Part shown: one piece after another, positions 27,401-42,829 of the stretch
How the letters are laid out: each line of letters starts with the position of its first letter
How positions within the stretch are numbered: the first letter of the stretch is position 1
Assembly (NCBI GenBank): GCA_964276515.1
Contig: OZ193910.1
Span: forward strand, 8,370,001-8,434,000
Direction of reading: 5' to 3'
Source: Gordius albopunctatus
Lineage: Eukaryota
DNA: 64,000 nt
Notes under the pieces: generated by a model
Told to the model about the DNA's origin: nothing
The model's input: only the letters and a program-made list of their open reading frames with translations
Database searches by the model: none
Position numbers and translations under genes: made by a program

Positions 27401-30400
27401 AAATGATTGTTCTCGCAGCTTAAAACTTCTTTCTTAAGTCAATCGAGCATAAAAGGTTTCTCAAATTAGCTTACTTTTATATATTTTATCAAGCTCTTTT
27501 ACATAAAATAACAAAAAATATATTTTTTAGGTTAAAATAATTCACAATTTTTTCCTTTCAACCATATTCAACCGATAAAAGTTGTTATTTTCAGACGTGA
27601 TTTCCATGATAAAAAGTTAAAATTTATCAGAATTAGAGAACCATTACTTTTAAATCATCATCGCATAGAGCATGTTTCAAAAATTAAGCACTAACGTTGC
27701 GATACAACTAACTAATCGAAACAATATAACGTTGTATTTTCTCAAAATGATTGTTCTCGCAGCTTAAAACTTCTTTCTGAAGTCGATCGAGATTAATAGG
27801 ATTCTCAAATGAGCTTACTTTTATATATTTTTTCAAGCTCTTTTACATAAAATAACAAAAAATATATTTTTTCAGGTTATAATAATTCACAATTTTTTCC
27901 TTTCAACCATATTCAACCGATGAAAGTTGTTATTTTCAGACGTGATTTCCATGATAAAAAGTTAAAATTTATCAGAATTAGAGAACTATTACTTTTAAAT
28001 CATCATCGCATAGAGCATGTTTCAAAAATTAAGCACTAACGTTGCGATACAACTAACTAATCGCAACAAAATAACGTTGTCTTTTCTCAAAATGATTGTT
28101 CTCGCAGCTTAAAACTTCTTTCTTAAGTCAATCGAGCATAAAAGGTTTCTCAAATTAGCTTACTTTTATATATTTTATCAAGCTCTTTTACATAAAATAA
28201 CAAAAAATATATTTTTTAGGTTAAAATAATTCACAATTTTTTCCTTTCAACCATATTCAACCGATAAAAGTTGTTATTTTCAGACGTGATTTCCATGATA
28301 AAAAGTTAAAATTTATCAGAATTAGAGAACCATTACTTTTAAATCATCATCGCATAGAGCATGTTTCAAAAATTAAGCACTAACGTTGCGATACAACTAA
28401 CTAATCGAAACAATATAACGTTGTATTTTCTCAAAATGATTGTTCTCGCAGCTTAAAACTTCTTTCTGAAGTCGATCGAGATTAATAGGATTCTCAAATT
28501 AGCTTACTTTTATATATTTTATCCAGCTCTTTTACATAAAATAACAAAAAATATATTTTTTAGGTTAAAATAATTCACAATTTTTTCCTTTCAACCATAT
28601 TCAACCGATAAATGTTGTTATTTTTAGACGTGATTTCCATGATAAAAAGTCAAAATTTATCAGAATTAGAGAACTGTTACTTTTAAATCATCATCGCATA
28701 GAGCATGTTTCAAAAATTAAGGACTAACGTTGCGATACAACAAACTAATCGCAACAAAATAACGTTGTCTTTTCTCAAAATGATTGTTCTCGCAGCTTAA
28801 AACTTCTTTCTTAAGTCAATCGAGCATAAAAGGTTTCTCAAATTAGCTTACTTTTATATATTTTATCAAGCTCTTTTACATAAAATAACAAAAAATATAT
28901 TTTTTAGGTTAAAATAATTCACAATTTTTTCCTTTCAACCATATTCAACCGATAAAAGTTGTTATTTTCAGACGTGATTTCCATGATAAAAAGTTAAAAT
29001 TTATCAGAATTAGAGAACCATTACTTTTAAATCATCATCGCATAGAGCATGTTTCAAAAATTAAGCACTAACGTTGCGATACAACTAACTAATCGAAACA
29101 ATATAACGTTGTATTTTCTCAAAAAGATTGTTCTCGCAGCTTAAAACTTCTTTCTGAAGTCGATCGAGATTAATAGGATTCTCAAATGAGCTTACTTTTA
29201 TATATTTTTTCAAGCTCTTTTACATAAAATAACAAAATAAATTTTTTTTCAGGTTAAAATAATTCACAATTTTTTCATTTCGGCCATATTCAACCGATGA
29301 AAGTTGTTATTTTCAGACGTGATTTCCACGATAAAAAGTCAAAATTTATCAGAATTAGAGAACCATTAGATTTAAATCATCATCGCATAGAGCATGTTTC
29401 AAAAATTAAGCACTAACGTTGCGATACAACTAACTAATCGCAACAATATAACGTTGTCTTTTCTCAAAATGATTGTTCTCGCAGCTTAAAACTTCGTATA
29501 AGGAGTCGATCGAGATTAATAGGATTCTCAAATGATCTTACTTTTATATATTTTTTCAAGCTCTTTTACATAAAATAACAAAAAATATATTTTTTCAGGT
29601 TATAATAATTCACAATTTTTTCCTTTCAACCATATTCAACCGATGAAAGTTGTTATTTTCAGACGTGATTTCCATGATAAAAAGTTAAAATTTATCAGAA
29701 TTAGAGAACTATTACTTTTAAATCATCATCGCATAGAGCATGTTTCAAAAATTAAGCACTCACGTTGCGATACAACAAACTAATCGCAACAAGATAACGT
29801 TGTCTTTTCGCAAAATGATAGTTCTCGCAGCTTGAAACATCTTATAAGGAGTCGATCGAGATTAATAGGATTCTCAAATGATCTTACTTTTATATATTTT
29901 TTCAAGCTCTTTTACATAAAATAACAAAAAATATATTTTTTCAGGTTATAATAATTCACAATTTTTTCCTTTCAACCATATTCAACCGATGAAAGTTGTT
30001 ATTTTCAGACGTGATTTCCATGATAAAAAGTTAAAATTTATCAGAATTAGAGAACTATTACTTTTAAATCATCATCGCATAGAGCATGTTTCAAAAATTA
30101 AGCACTAACGTTGCGATACAACTAACTAATCGCAACAAAATAACGTTGTCTTTTCTCAAAATGATTGTTCTCGCAGCTTAAAACTTCTTTCTTAAGTCAA
30201 TCGAGCATAAAAGGTTTCTCAAATTAGCTTACTTTTATATATTTTATCAAGCTCTTTTACATAAAATAACAAAAAATATATTTTTTAGGTTAAAATAATT
30301 CACAATTTTTTCCTTTCAACCATATTCAACCGATAAAAGTTGTTATTTTCAGACGTGATTTCCATGATAAAAAGTTAAAATTTATCAGAATTAGAGAACT

Positions 30401-32535
30401 ATTACTTTTAAATCATCATCGCATAGAGCATGTTTCAAAAATTAAGCACTCACGTTGCGATACAACAAACTAATCGCAACAAGATAACGTTGTCTTTTCG
30501 CAAAATGATAGTTCTCGCAGCTTGAAACATCTTATAAGGAGTCGATCGAGAATAATAGGATTCTCAAATTAGCTTACTTTTATATATTTTATCAAGCTCT
30601 TTTACATAAAATAACAAAAAATATATTTTTTAGGTTAAAATAATTCACAATTTTTTCCTTTCAACCATATTCAACCGATAAATGTTGTTATTTTTAGACG
30701 TGATTTCCATGATAAAAAGTCAAAATTTATCAGAATTAGAGAACTGTTACTTTTAAATCATCATCGCATAGAGCATGTTTCAAAAATTAAGGACTAACGT
30801 TGCGATACAACAAACTAATCGCAACAAAATAACGTTGTCTTTTCTCAAAATGATTGTTCTCGCAGCTTAAAACTTCTTTCTTAAGTCAATCGAGCATAAA
30901 AGGTTTCTCAAATTGGCTTACTTTAATATATTTTTTCAAGCTCTTTTACATAAAATAACAAAAAATATATTTTTTCAGGATAAAATAATTCACAATTTTT
31001 TCCTTTCAACCATATTCAACTGATGAAAGTTGTTATTTTCAGACGTGATTTCCATGATAAAAAGTTAAAATTTATCAGAATTAGAGAACCATTACTTTTA
31101 AATCATCATCGCATAGAGCATGTTTCAAAAATTAAGCACTAACGTTGGGATACAACTAACTAATCGCAACAAAATAACGTTGTCTTTTCTCAAAATGATT
31201 GTTCTCGCAGCTTAAAACTTCTTTCTTAAGTCAATTGAGCATAAAAGGTTTCTCAAATTGGCTTACTTTAATATATTTTTTCAAGCTCTTTTACATAAAA
31301 TAACAAAAAATATATTTTTTCAGGATAAAATAATTCACAATTTTTTCCTTTCAACCATATTCAACTGATGAAAGTTGTTATTTTCAGACGTGATTTCCAT
31401 GATTAAAAGTTAAAATTTATCAGAATTAGAGAACCATTACTTTTAAATCATCATCGCATAGAGCATGTTTCAAAAATTAAGCACTAACGTTGCGATACAA
31501 CTAACTAATCGCAACAATATAACGTTGTATTTTCTCAAAATGATTGTTCTCGCAGCTTAAAACTTCTTATAAGGAGTCGATCGAGATTAATAGGATTCTC
31601 AAATGATCTTACTTTTATATATTTTTTCAAGCTCTTTTACATAAAATAACAAAAAATATATTTTTTCAGGTTATAATAATTCACAATTTTTTCCTTTCAA
31701 CCATATTCAACCGATGAAAGTTGTTATTTTCAGACGTGATTTCCATGATAAAAAGTTAAAATTTATCAGAATTAGAGAACTATTACTTTTAAATCATCAT
31801 CGCATAGAGCATGTTTCAAAAATTAAGCACTCACGTTGCGATACAACAAACTAATCGCAACAAGATAACGTTGTCTTTTCGCAAAATGATAGTTCTCGCA
31901 GCTTGAAACATCTTATAAGGAGTCGATCGAGATTAATAGGATTCTCAAATGATCTTACTTTTATATATTTTTTCAAGCTCTTTTACATAAAATAACAAAA
32001 AATATATTTTTTCAGGTTATAATAATTTACAATTTTTTCCTTTCAACCATATTCAACCGATGAAAGTTGTTATTTTCAGACGTGATTTCCATGATAAAAA
32101 GTTAAAATTTATCAGAATTAGAGAACTATTACTTTTAAATCATCATCGCATAGAGCATGTTTCAAAAATTAAGCACTAACGTTGCGATACAACTAACTAA
32201 TCGCAACAAAATAACGTTGTCTTTTCTCAAAATGATTGTTCTCGCAGCTTAAAACTTCTTTCTTAAGTCAATCGAGCATAAAAGGTTTCTCAAATTAGCT
32301 TACTTTTATATATTTTATCAAGCTCTTTTACATAAAATAACAAAAAATATATTTTTTAGGTTAAAATAATTCACAATTTTTTCCTTTCAACCATATTCAA
32401 CCGATAAAAGTTGTTATTTTCAGACGTGATTTCCATGATAAAAAGTTAAAATTTATCAGAATTAGAGAACCATTACTTTTAAATCATCATCGCATAGAGC
32501 ATGTTTCAAAAATTAAGCACTAACGTTGCGATACA
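21440..32535. repeat. Higher-order tandem duplication, 16 monomers (5518-bp period), 2 copies
   Basis: Rare variants recur at a constant 5518 offset: ATTGATCT 21543/27061, CTTCGTA 23978/29496, GTTGGGAT 25630/31148, ATGATTAAAA 25886/31404, AATTTACAA 26510/32028. Confidence 0.9.
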
Positions 32536-35500
32536 ACTAACTAATCGAAACAATATAACGTTGTATTTTCTCAAAATGATTGTTCTCGCAGCTTAAAACT
32601 TCTTTCTGAAGTCGATCGAGATTAATAGGATTCTCAAATGAGCTTACTTTTATATATTTTTTCAAGCTCTTTTACATAAAATAACAAAAAATATATTTTT
32701 TCAGGTTATAATAATTCACAATTTTTTCCTTTCAACCATATTCAACCGATGAAAGTTGTTATTTTCAGACGTGATTTCCATGATAAAAAGTTAAAATTTA
32801 TCAGAATTAGAGAACTATTACTTTTAAATCATCATCGCATAGAGCATGTTTCAAAAATTAAGCACTCACGTTGCGATACAACAAACTAATCGCAACAAGA
32901 TAACGTTGTCTTTTCGCAAAATGATAGTTCTCGCAGCTTGAAACATCTTATAAGGAGTCGATCGAGAATAATAGGATTCTCAAATTAGCTTACTTTTATA
33001 TATTTTATCAAGCTCTTTTACATAAAATAACAAAAAATATATTTTTTAGGTTAAAATAATTCACAATTTTTTCCTATCAACCATATTCAACCGATAAATG
33101 TTGTTATTTTTAGACGTGATTTCCATGATAAAAAGTCAAAATTTATCAGAATTAGAGAACTGTTACTTTTAAATCATCATCGCATAGAGCATGTTTCAAA
33201 AATTAAGGACTAACGTTGCGATACAACAAACTAATCGCAACAAAATAACGTTGTCTTTTCTCAAAATGATTGTTCTCGCAGCTTAAAACTTCTTTCTTAA
33301 GTCAATCGAGCATAAAAGGTTTCTCAAATTGGCTTACTTTAATATATTTTTTCAAGCTCTTTTACATAAAATAACAAAAAATATATTTTTTCAGGATAAA
33401 ATAATTCACAATTTTTTCCTTTCAACCATATTCAACTGATGAAAGTTGTTATTTTCAGACGTGATTTCCATGATAAAAAGTTAAAATTTATCAGAATTAG
33501 AGAACCATTACTTTTAAATCATCATCGCATAGAGCATGTTTCAAAAATTAAGCACTAACGTTGGGATACAACTAACTAATCGCAACAAAATAACGTTGTC
33601 TTTTCTCAAAATGATTGTTCTCGCAGCTTAAAACTTCTTTCTTAAGTCAATTGAGCATAAAAGGTTTCTCAAATTGGCTTACTTTAATATATTTTTTCAA
33701 GCTCTTTTACATAAAATAACAAAAAATATATTTTTTCAGGATAAAATAATTCACAATTTTTTCCTTTCAACCATATTCAACTGATGAAAGTTGTTATTTT
33801 CAGACGTGATTTCCATGATTAAAAGTTAAAATTTATCAGAATTAGAGAACCATTACTTTTAAATCATCATCGCATAGAGCATGTTTCAAAAATTAAGCAC
33901 TAACGTTGCGATACAACTAACTAATCGCAACAATATAACGTTGTATTTTCTCAAAATGATTGTTCTCGCAGCTTAAAACTTCTTATAAGGAGTCGATCGA
34001 GATTAATAGGATTCTCAAATGATCTTACTTTTATATATTTTTTCAAGCTCTTTTACATAAAATAACAAAAAATATATTTTTTCAGGTTATAATAATTCAC
34101 AATTTTTTCCTTTCAACCATATTCAACCGATGAAAGTTGTTATTTTCAGACGTGATTTCCATGATAAAAAGTTAAAATTTATCAGAATTAGAGAACTATT
34201 ACTTTTAAATCATCATCGCATAGAGCATGTTTCAAAAATTAAGCACTCACGTTGCGATACAACAAACTAATCGCAACAAGATAACGTTGTCTTTTCGCAA
34301 AATGATAGTTCTCGCAGCTTGAAACATCTTATAAGGAGTCGATCGAGATTAATAGGATTCTCAAATGATCTTACTTTTATATATTTTTTCAAGCTCTTTT
34401 ACATAAAATAACAAAAAATATATTTTTTCAGGTTATAATAATTTACAATTTTTTCCTTTCAACCATATTCAACCGATGAAAGTTGTTATTTTCAGAGGTG
34501 ATTTCCATGATAAAAAGTTAAAATTTATCAGAATTAGAGAACTATTACTTTTAAATCATCATCGCATAGAGCATGTTTCAAAAATTAAGCACTAACGTTG
34601 CGATACAACTAACTAATCGCAACAAAATAACGTTGTCTTTTCTCAAAATGATTGTTCTCGCAGCTTAAAACTTCTTTCTTAAGTCAATCGAGCATAAAAG
34701 GTTTCTCAAATTAGCTTACTTTTATATATTTTATCAAGCTCTTTTACATAAAATAACAAAAAATATATTTTTTAGGTTAAAATAATTCACAATTTTTTCC
34801 TTTCACCCATATTCAACCGATAAAAGTTGTTATTTTCAGACGTGATTTCCATGATAAAAAGTTAAAATTTATCAGAATTAGAGAACCATTACTTTTAAAT
34901 CATCATCGCATAGAGCATGTTTCAAAAATTAAGCACTAACGTTGCGATACAACTAACTAATCGAAACAATATAACGTTGTATTTTCTCAAAATGATTGTT
35001 CTCGCAGCTTAAAACTTCTTTCTGAAGTCGATCGAGATTAATAGGATTCTCAAATGAGCTTACTTTTATATATTTTTTCAAGCTCTTTTACATAAAATAA
35101 CAAAAAATATATTTTTTCAGGTTATAATAATTCACAATTTTTTCCTTTCAACCATATTCAACCGATGAAAGTTGTTATTTTCAGACGTGATTTCCATGAT
35201 AAAAAGTTAAAATTTATCAGAATTAGAGAACTATTACTTTTAAATCATCATCGCATAGAGCATGTTTCAAAAATTAAGCACTCACGTTGCGATACAACAA
35301 ACTAATCGCAACAAGATAACGTTGTCTTTTCGCAAAATGATAGTTCTCGCAGCTTGAAACATCTTATAAGGAGTCGATCGAGAATAATAGGATTCTCAAA
35401 TTAGCTTACTTTTATATATTTTATCAAGCTCTTTTACATAAAATAACAAAAAATATATTTTTTAGGTTAAAATAATTCACAATTTTTTCCTTTCAACCAT

Positions 35501-35745
35501 ATTCAACCGATAAATGTTGTTATTTTTAGACGTGATTTCCATGATAAAAAGTCAAAATTTATCAGAATTAGAGAACTGTTACTTTTAAATCATCATCGCA
35601 TAGAGCATGTTTCAAAAATTAAGGACTAACGTTGCGATACAACAAACTAATCGCAACAAAATAACGTTGTCTTTTCTCAAAATGATTGTTCTCGCAGCTT
35701 AAAACTTCTTTCTTAAGTCAATCGAGCATAAAAGGTTTCTCAAAT
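30340..35745. repeat. Higher-order tandem duplication, 7 monomers (2416-bp period), ~2.2 copies
   Basis: Offset 2416 for GTTGGGAT 31148/33564, GATTAAAA 31404/33820, AATTTACAA 32028/34444, CTCACG 30451/32867/35283 and AAGGAC 33208/35624. Confidence 0.85.
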
Positions 35746-38700
35746 TAGCTTACTTTTATATATTTTATCAAGCTCTTTTACATAAAATAACAAAAAATAT
35801 ATTTTTTAGGTTAAAATAATTCACAATTTTTTCCTTTCAACCATATTCAACCGATAAAAGTTGTTATTTTCAGACGTGATTTCCATGATAAAAAGTTAAA
35901 ATTTATCAGAATTAGAGAACCATTACTTTTAAATCATCATCGCATAGAGCATGTTTCAAAAATTAAGCACTAACGTTGCGATACAACTAACTAATCGAAA
36001 CAATATAACGTTGTATTTTCTCAAAAAGATTGTTCTCGCAGCTTAAAACTTCTTTCTGAAGTCGATCGAGATTAATAGGATTCTCAAATGAGCTTACTTT
36101 TATATATTTTTTCAAGCTCTTTTACATAAAATAACAAAATAAATTTTTTTTCAGGTTAAAATAATTCACAATTTTTTCATTTCGGCCATATTCAACCGAT
36201 GAAAGTTGTTATTTTCAGACGTGATTTCCACGATAAAAAGTCAAAATTTATCAGAATTAGAGAACCATTAGATTTAAATCATCATCGCATAGAGCATGTT
36301 TCAAAAATTAAGCACTAACGTTGCGATACAACTAACTAATCGCAACAATATAACGTTGTCTTTTCTCAAAATGATTGTTCTCGCAGCTTAAAACTTCTTA
36401 TAAGGAGTCGATCGAGATTAATAGGATTCTCAAATCAGCTTACTTTTATATATTTTTTCAAGCTCTTTTACATAAAATAACAAAAAATATATTGTTCAGG
36501 TTAAAATAATTCACAATTTTTTCCTTTCGGCCATATTCAACCGATGAAAGTTGTTATTTTCAGACGTGATTTCCATGATAAAAAGTCAAAATTTATCAGA
36601 ATTAGAGAACTGTTACTTTTAAATCATCATCGCATAGAGCATGTTTCAAAAATTAAGCACTAACGTTGCGATACAACAAACTAATCGCAACAAGATAACG
36701 TTGTCTTTTCGCAAAATGATAGTTCTCGCAGCTTGAAACATCTTATAAGGAGTCGATCGAGAATAATAGGATTCTCAAATTAGCTTACTTTTATATATTT
36801 TATCAAGCTCTTTTACATAAAATAACAAAAAATATATTTTTTAGGTTAAAATAATTCACAATTTATTCCTTTCAACCATATTCAACCCATAAATGTTGTT
36901 ATTTTCAGACGTGATTTCCATGATAAAAAGTCAAAATTTATCAGAATTAGAGAACTGTTACTTTTAAATCATCATCGCATAGAGCATGTTTCAAAAATTA
37001 AGCACTAACGTTGCGATACAACAAACTAATCGCAACAAAATAACGTTGTCTTTTCTCAAAATGATTGTTCTCGCAGCTTAAAACTTCTTTCTTAAGTCAA
37101 TCGAGCATAAAAGGTTTCTCAAATTGGCTTACTTTAATATATTTTTTCAAGCTCTTTTACATAAAATAACAAAAAATATATTTTTTCAGGATAAAATAAT
37201 TCACAATTTTTTCCTTCAACCATATTCAACCGATGAAAGTTGTTATTTTCAGACGTGATTTCCATGATAAAAAGTCAAAATTTATCAGAATTAGAGAACT
37301 GTTACTTTTAAATCATCATCGCATAGAGCATGTTTCAAAAATTAAGCACTAACGTTGCGATACAACAAACTAATCGCAACAAAATAACGTTGTCTTTTCT
37401 CAAAATGATTGTTCTCGCAGCTTAAAACTTCTTTCTTAAGTCAATCGAGCATAAAAGGTTTCTCAAATTGGCTTACTTTAATATATTTTTTCAAGCTCTT
37501 TTACATAAAATAACAAAAAATATATTTTTTCAGGATAAAATAATTCACAATTTTTTCCTTCAACCATATTCAACCGATGAAAGTTGTTATTTTCAGACGT
37601 GATTTCCATGATAAAAAGTTAAAATTTATCAGAATTAGAGAACCATTACTTTTAAATCATCATCGCATAGAGCATGTTTCAAAAATTAAGCACTAACGTT
37701 GCGATACAACTAACTAATCGCAACAATATAACGTTGTCTTTTCTCAAAATGATTGTTCTCGCAGCTTAAAACTTCTTATAAGGAGTCGATCGAGATTAAT
37801 AGGATTCTCAAATCAGCTTACTTTTATATATTTTTTCAAGCTCTTTTACATAAAATAACAAAATAAATTTTTTTTCAGGTTAAAATAATTCACAATTTTT
37901 TCATTTCGGCCATATTCAACCGATGAAAGTTGTTATTTTCAGACGTGATTTCCACGATAAAAAGTCAAAATTTATCAGAATTAGAGAACCATTAGATTTA
38001 AATCATCATCGCATAGAGCATGTTTCAAAAATTAAGCACTAACGTTGCGATACAACTAACTAATCGCAACAATATAACGTTGTCTTTTCTCAAAATGATT
38101 GTTCTCGCAGCTTAAAACTTCTTATAAGGAGTCGATCGAGATTAATAGGATTCTCAAATCAGCTTACTTTTATATATTTTTTCAAGCTCTTTTACATAAA
38201 ATAACAAAAAATATATTGTTCAGGTTAAAATAATTCACAATTTTTTCCTTTCGGCCATATTCAACCGATGAAAGTTGTTATTTTCAGACGTGATTTCCAT
38301 GATAAAAAGTCAAAATTTATCAGAATTAGAGAACTGTTACTTTTAAATCATCATCGCATAGAGCATGTTTCAAAAATTAAGCACTAACGTTGCGATACAA
38401 CAAACTAATCGCAACAAAATAACGTTGTCTTTTCTCAAAATGATTGTTCTCGCAGCTTAAAACTTCTTTCTGAAGTCGATCGAGATTAATAGGATTCTCA
38501 AATGAGCTTACTTTTATATATTTTTTCAAGCTCTTTTACATAAAATAACAAAATAAATTTTTTTTCAGGTTAAAATAATTCACAATTTTTTCATTTCGGC
38601 CATATTCAACCGATGAAAGTTGTTATTTTCAGACGTGATTTCCACGATAAAAAGTCAAAATTTATCAGAATTAGAGAACCATTAGATTTAAATCATAATC

Positions 38701-41700
38701 GCATAGAGCATGTTTCAAAAATTAAGCACTAACGTTGCGATACAACTAACTAATCGCAACAATATAACGTTGTCTTTTCTCAAAATGATTGTTCTCGCAG
38801 CCTAAAACTTCTTATAAGGAGTCGATCGAGATTAATAGGATTCTCAAATCAGCTTACTTTTATATATTTTTTCAAGCTCTTTTACATAAAATAACAAAAA
38901 ATATATTGTTCAGGTTAAAATAATTCACAATTTTTTCCTTTCGGCCATATTCAACCGATGAAAGTTGTTATTTTCACACGTGATTTCCATGATAAAAAGT
39001 CAAAATTTATCAGAATTAGAGAACTGTTACTTTTAAATCATCATCGCATAGAGCATGTTTCAAAAATTAAGCACTAACGTTGCGATACAAAAAACTAATC
39101 GCAACAAAATAACGTTGTCTTTTCTCAAAATGATTGTTCTCGCAGCTTAAAACTTCTTATAAGGAGTCGATCGAGATTAATATGATTCTCAAATCAGCTT
39201 ACTTTTATATATTTTTTCAAGCTCTTTTACATAAAATAACAAAAAATATATTGTTCAGGTTAAAATAATTCACAATTTTTTCCTTTCGGCCATATTCAAC
39301 CGATGAAAGTTGTTATTTTCAGACGTGATTTCCATGATAAAAAGTCAAAATTTATCAGAATTAGAGAACTGTTACTTTTAAATCATCATCGCATAGAGCA
39401 TGTTTCAAAAATTAAGCACTAACGTTGCGATACAACAAACTAATCGCAACAAAATAACGTTGTCTTTTCTCAAAATGATTGTTCTCGCAGCTTAAAACTT
39501 CTTTCTTAAGTCAATCGAGCATAAAAGGTTTCTCAAATTGGCTTACTTTAATATATTTTTTCAAGCTCTTTTACATAAAATAACAAAAAATATATTTTTT
39601 CAGGATAAAATAATTCACAATTTTTTCCTTTCAACCATATTCAACTGATGAAAGTTGTTATTTTCAGACGTGATTTCCATGATAAAAAGTTAAAATTTAT
39701 CAGAATTAGAGAACCATTACTTTTAAATCATCATCGCATAGAGCATGTTTCAAAAATTAAGCACTAACGTTGCGATACAACTAACTAATCGCAACAATAT
39801 AACGTTGTATTTTCTCAAAATGATTGTTCTCGCAGCTTAAAACTTCTTATAAGGAGTCGATCGAGATTAATAGGATTCTCAAATGATCTTACTTTTATAT
39901 ATTTTTTCAAGCTCTTTTACATAAAATAACAAAAAATATATTTTTTCAGGTTATAATAATTCAAAATTTTTTCCTTTCAACCATATTCAACCGATGAAAG
40001 TTGTTATTTTCAGACGTGATTTCCATGATAAAAAGTTAAAATTTATCAGAATTAGAGAACTATTACTTTTAAATCATCATCGCATAGAGCATGTTTCAAA
40101 AATTAAGCACTCACGTTGCGATACAACAAACTAATCGCAACAAGATAACGTTGTCTTTTCTCAAAATGATTGTTCTCGCAGCTTGAAACATCTTATAAGG
40201 AGTCGATCGAGATTAATAGGATTCTCAAATTAGCTTACTTTTATATATTTTATCAAGCTCTTTTACATAAAATAACAAAAAATATATTTTTTAGGTTAAA
40301 ATAATTCACAATTTTTTCCTTTCAACCATATTCAACCGATAAATGTTGTTATTTTCAGACGTGATTTCCATGATAAAAAGTCAAAATTTATCAGAATTAG
40401 AGAACTGTTACTTTTAAATCATCATCGCATAGAGCATGTTTCAAAAATTAAGCTATCCGTTGCGATACAACAAACTAATCGCAACAAAATAACGTTGTCT
40501 TTTCTCAAAATGATTGTTCTCGCAGCTTAAAACTTCTTTCTTAAGTCAATCGAGCATAAAAGGTTTCTCAAATTGGCTTACTTTAATATATTTTTTCAAG
40601 CTCTTTTACATAAAATAACAAAAAATATATTTTTTCAGGATAAAATAATTCACAATTTTTTCCTTCAACCATATTCAACCGATGAAAGTTGTTATTTTCA
40701 GACGTGATTTCCATGATAAAAAGTCAAAATTTATCAGAATTAGAGAACTGTTACTTTTAAATCATCATCGCATAGAGCATGTTTCAAAAATTAAGCACTA
40801 ACGTTGCGATACAACAAACTAATCGCAACAAAATAACGTTGTCTTTTCTCAAAATGATTGTTCTCGCAGCTTAAAACTTCTTTCTTAAGTCAATCGAGCA
40901 TAAAAGGTTTCTCAAATTAGCTTACTTTTATATATTTTATCAAGCTCTTTTACATAAAATAACAAAAAATATATTTTTTAGGTTAAAATAATTCACAATT
41001 TTTTCCTTTCACCCATATTCAACCGATAAAAGTTGTTATTTTCAGACGTGATTTCCATGATAAAAAGTTAAAATTTATCAGAATTAGAGAACCATTACTT
41101 TTAAATCATCATCGCATAGAGCATGTTTCAAAAATTAAGCACTAACGTTGCGATACAACTAACTAATCGAAACAATATAACGTTGTATTTTCTCAAAATG
41201 ATTGTTCTCGCAGCTTAAAACTTCTTTCTTAAGTCAATCGAGCATAAAAGGTTTCTCAAATTGGCTTACTTTAATATATTTTTTCAAGCTCTTTTACATA
41301 AAATAACAAAAAATATATTTTTTCAGGATAAAATAATTCACAATTTTTTCCTTTCAACCATATTCAACTGATGAAAGTTGTTATTTTCAGACGTGATTTC
41401 CATGATAAAAAGTTAAAATTTATCAGAATTAGAGAACCATTACTTTTAAATCATCATCGCATAGAGCATGTTTCAAAAATTAAGCACTAACGTTGCGATA
41501 CAACTAACTAATCGCAACAATATAACGTTGTATTTTCTCAAAATGATTGTTCTCGCAGCTTAAAACTTCTTATAAGGAGTCGATCGAGATTAATAGGATT
41601 CTCAAATGATCTTACTTTTATATATTTTTTCAAGCTCTTTTACATAAAATAACAAAAAATATATTTTTTCAGGTTATAATAATTCACAATTTTTTCCTTT

Positions 41701-42829
41701 CAACCATATTCAACCGATGAAAGTTGTTATTTTCAGACGTGATTTCCATGATAAAAAGTTAAAATTTATCAGAATTAGAGAACCATTACTTTTAAATCAT
41801 CATCGCATAGAGCATGTTTCAAAAATTAAGCACTAACGTTGCGATACAACTAACTAATCGCAACAAAATAACGTTGTCTTTTCTCAAAATGATTGTTCTC
41901 GCAGCTTAAAACTTCTTTCTTAAGTCAATCGAGCATAAAAGGTTTCTCAAATTGGCTTACTTTAATATATTTTTTCAAGCTCTTTTACATAAAATAACAA
42001 AAAATATATTTTTTCAGGATAAAATAATTCACAATTTTTTCCTTTCAACCATATTCAACTGATGAAAGTTGTTATTTTCAGACGTGATTTCCATGATAAA
42101 AAGTTAAAATTTATCAGAATTAGAGAACCATTACTTTTAAATCATCATCGCATAGAGCATGTTTCAAAAATTAAGCACTAACGTTGCGATACAACTAACT
42201 AATCGCAACAATATAACGTTGTATTTTCTCAAAATGATTGTTCTCGCAGCTTAAAACTTCTTTCTTAAGTCAATCGAGCATAAAAGGTTTCTCAAATTGG
42301 CTTACTTTAATATATTTTTTCAAGCTCTTTTACATAAAATAACAAAAAATATATTTTTTCAGGATAAAATAATTCACAATTTTTTCCTTTCAACCATATT
42401 CAACTGATGAAAGTTGTTATTTTCAGACGTGATTTCCATGATAAAAAGTTAAAATTTATCAGAATTAGAGAACCATTACTTTTAAATCATCATCGCATAG
42501 AGCATGTTTCAAAAATTAAGCACTAACGTTGCGATACAACTAACTAATCGCAACAATATAACGTTGTCTTTTCGCAAAATGATAGTTCTCGCAGCTTGAA
42601 ACATCTTATAAGGAGTCGATCGAGAATAATAGGATTCTCAAATTAGCTTACTTTTATATATTTTATCAAGCTCTTTTACATAAAATAACAAAAAATATAT
42701 TTTTTAGGTTAAAATAATTCACAATTTTTTCCTTTCAACCATATTCAACCGATAAATGTTGTTATTTTCAGACGTGATTTCCATGATAAAAATTCAAAAT
42801 TTATCAGAATTAGAGAACTGTTACTTTTA

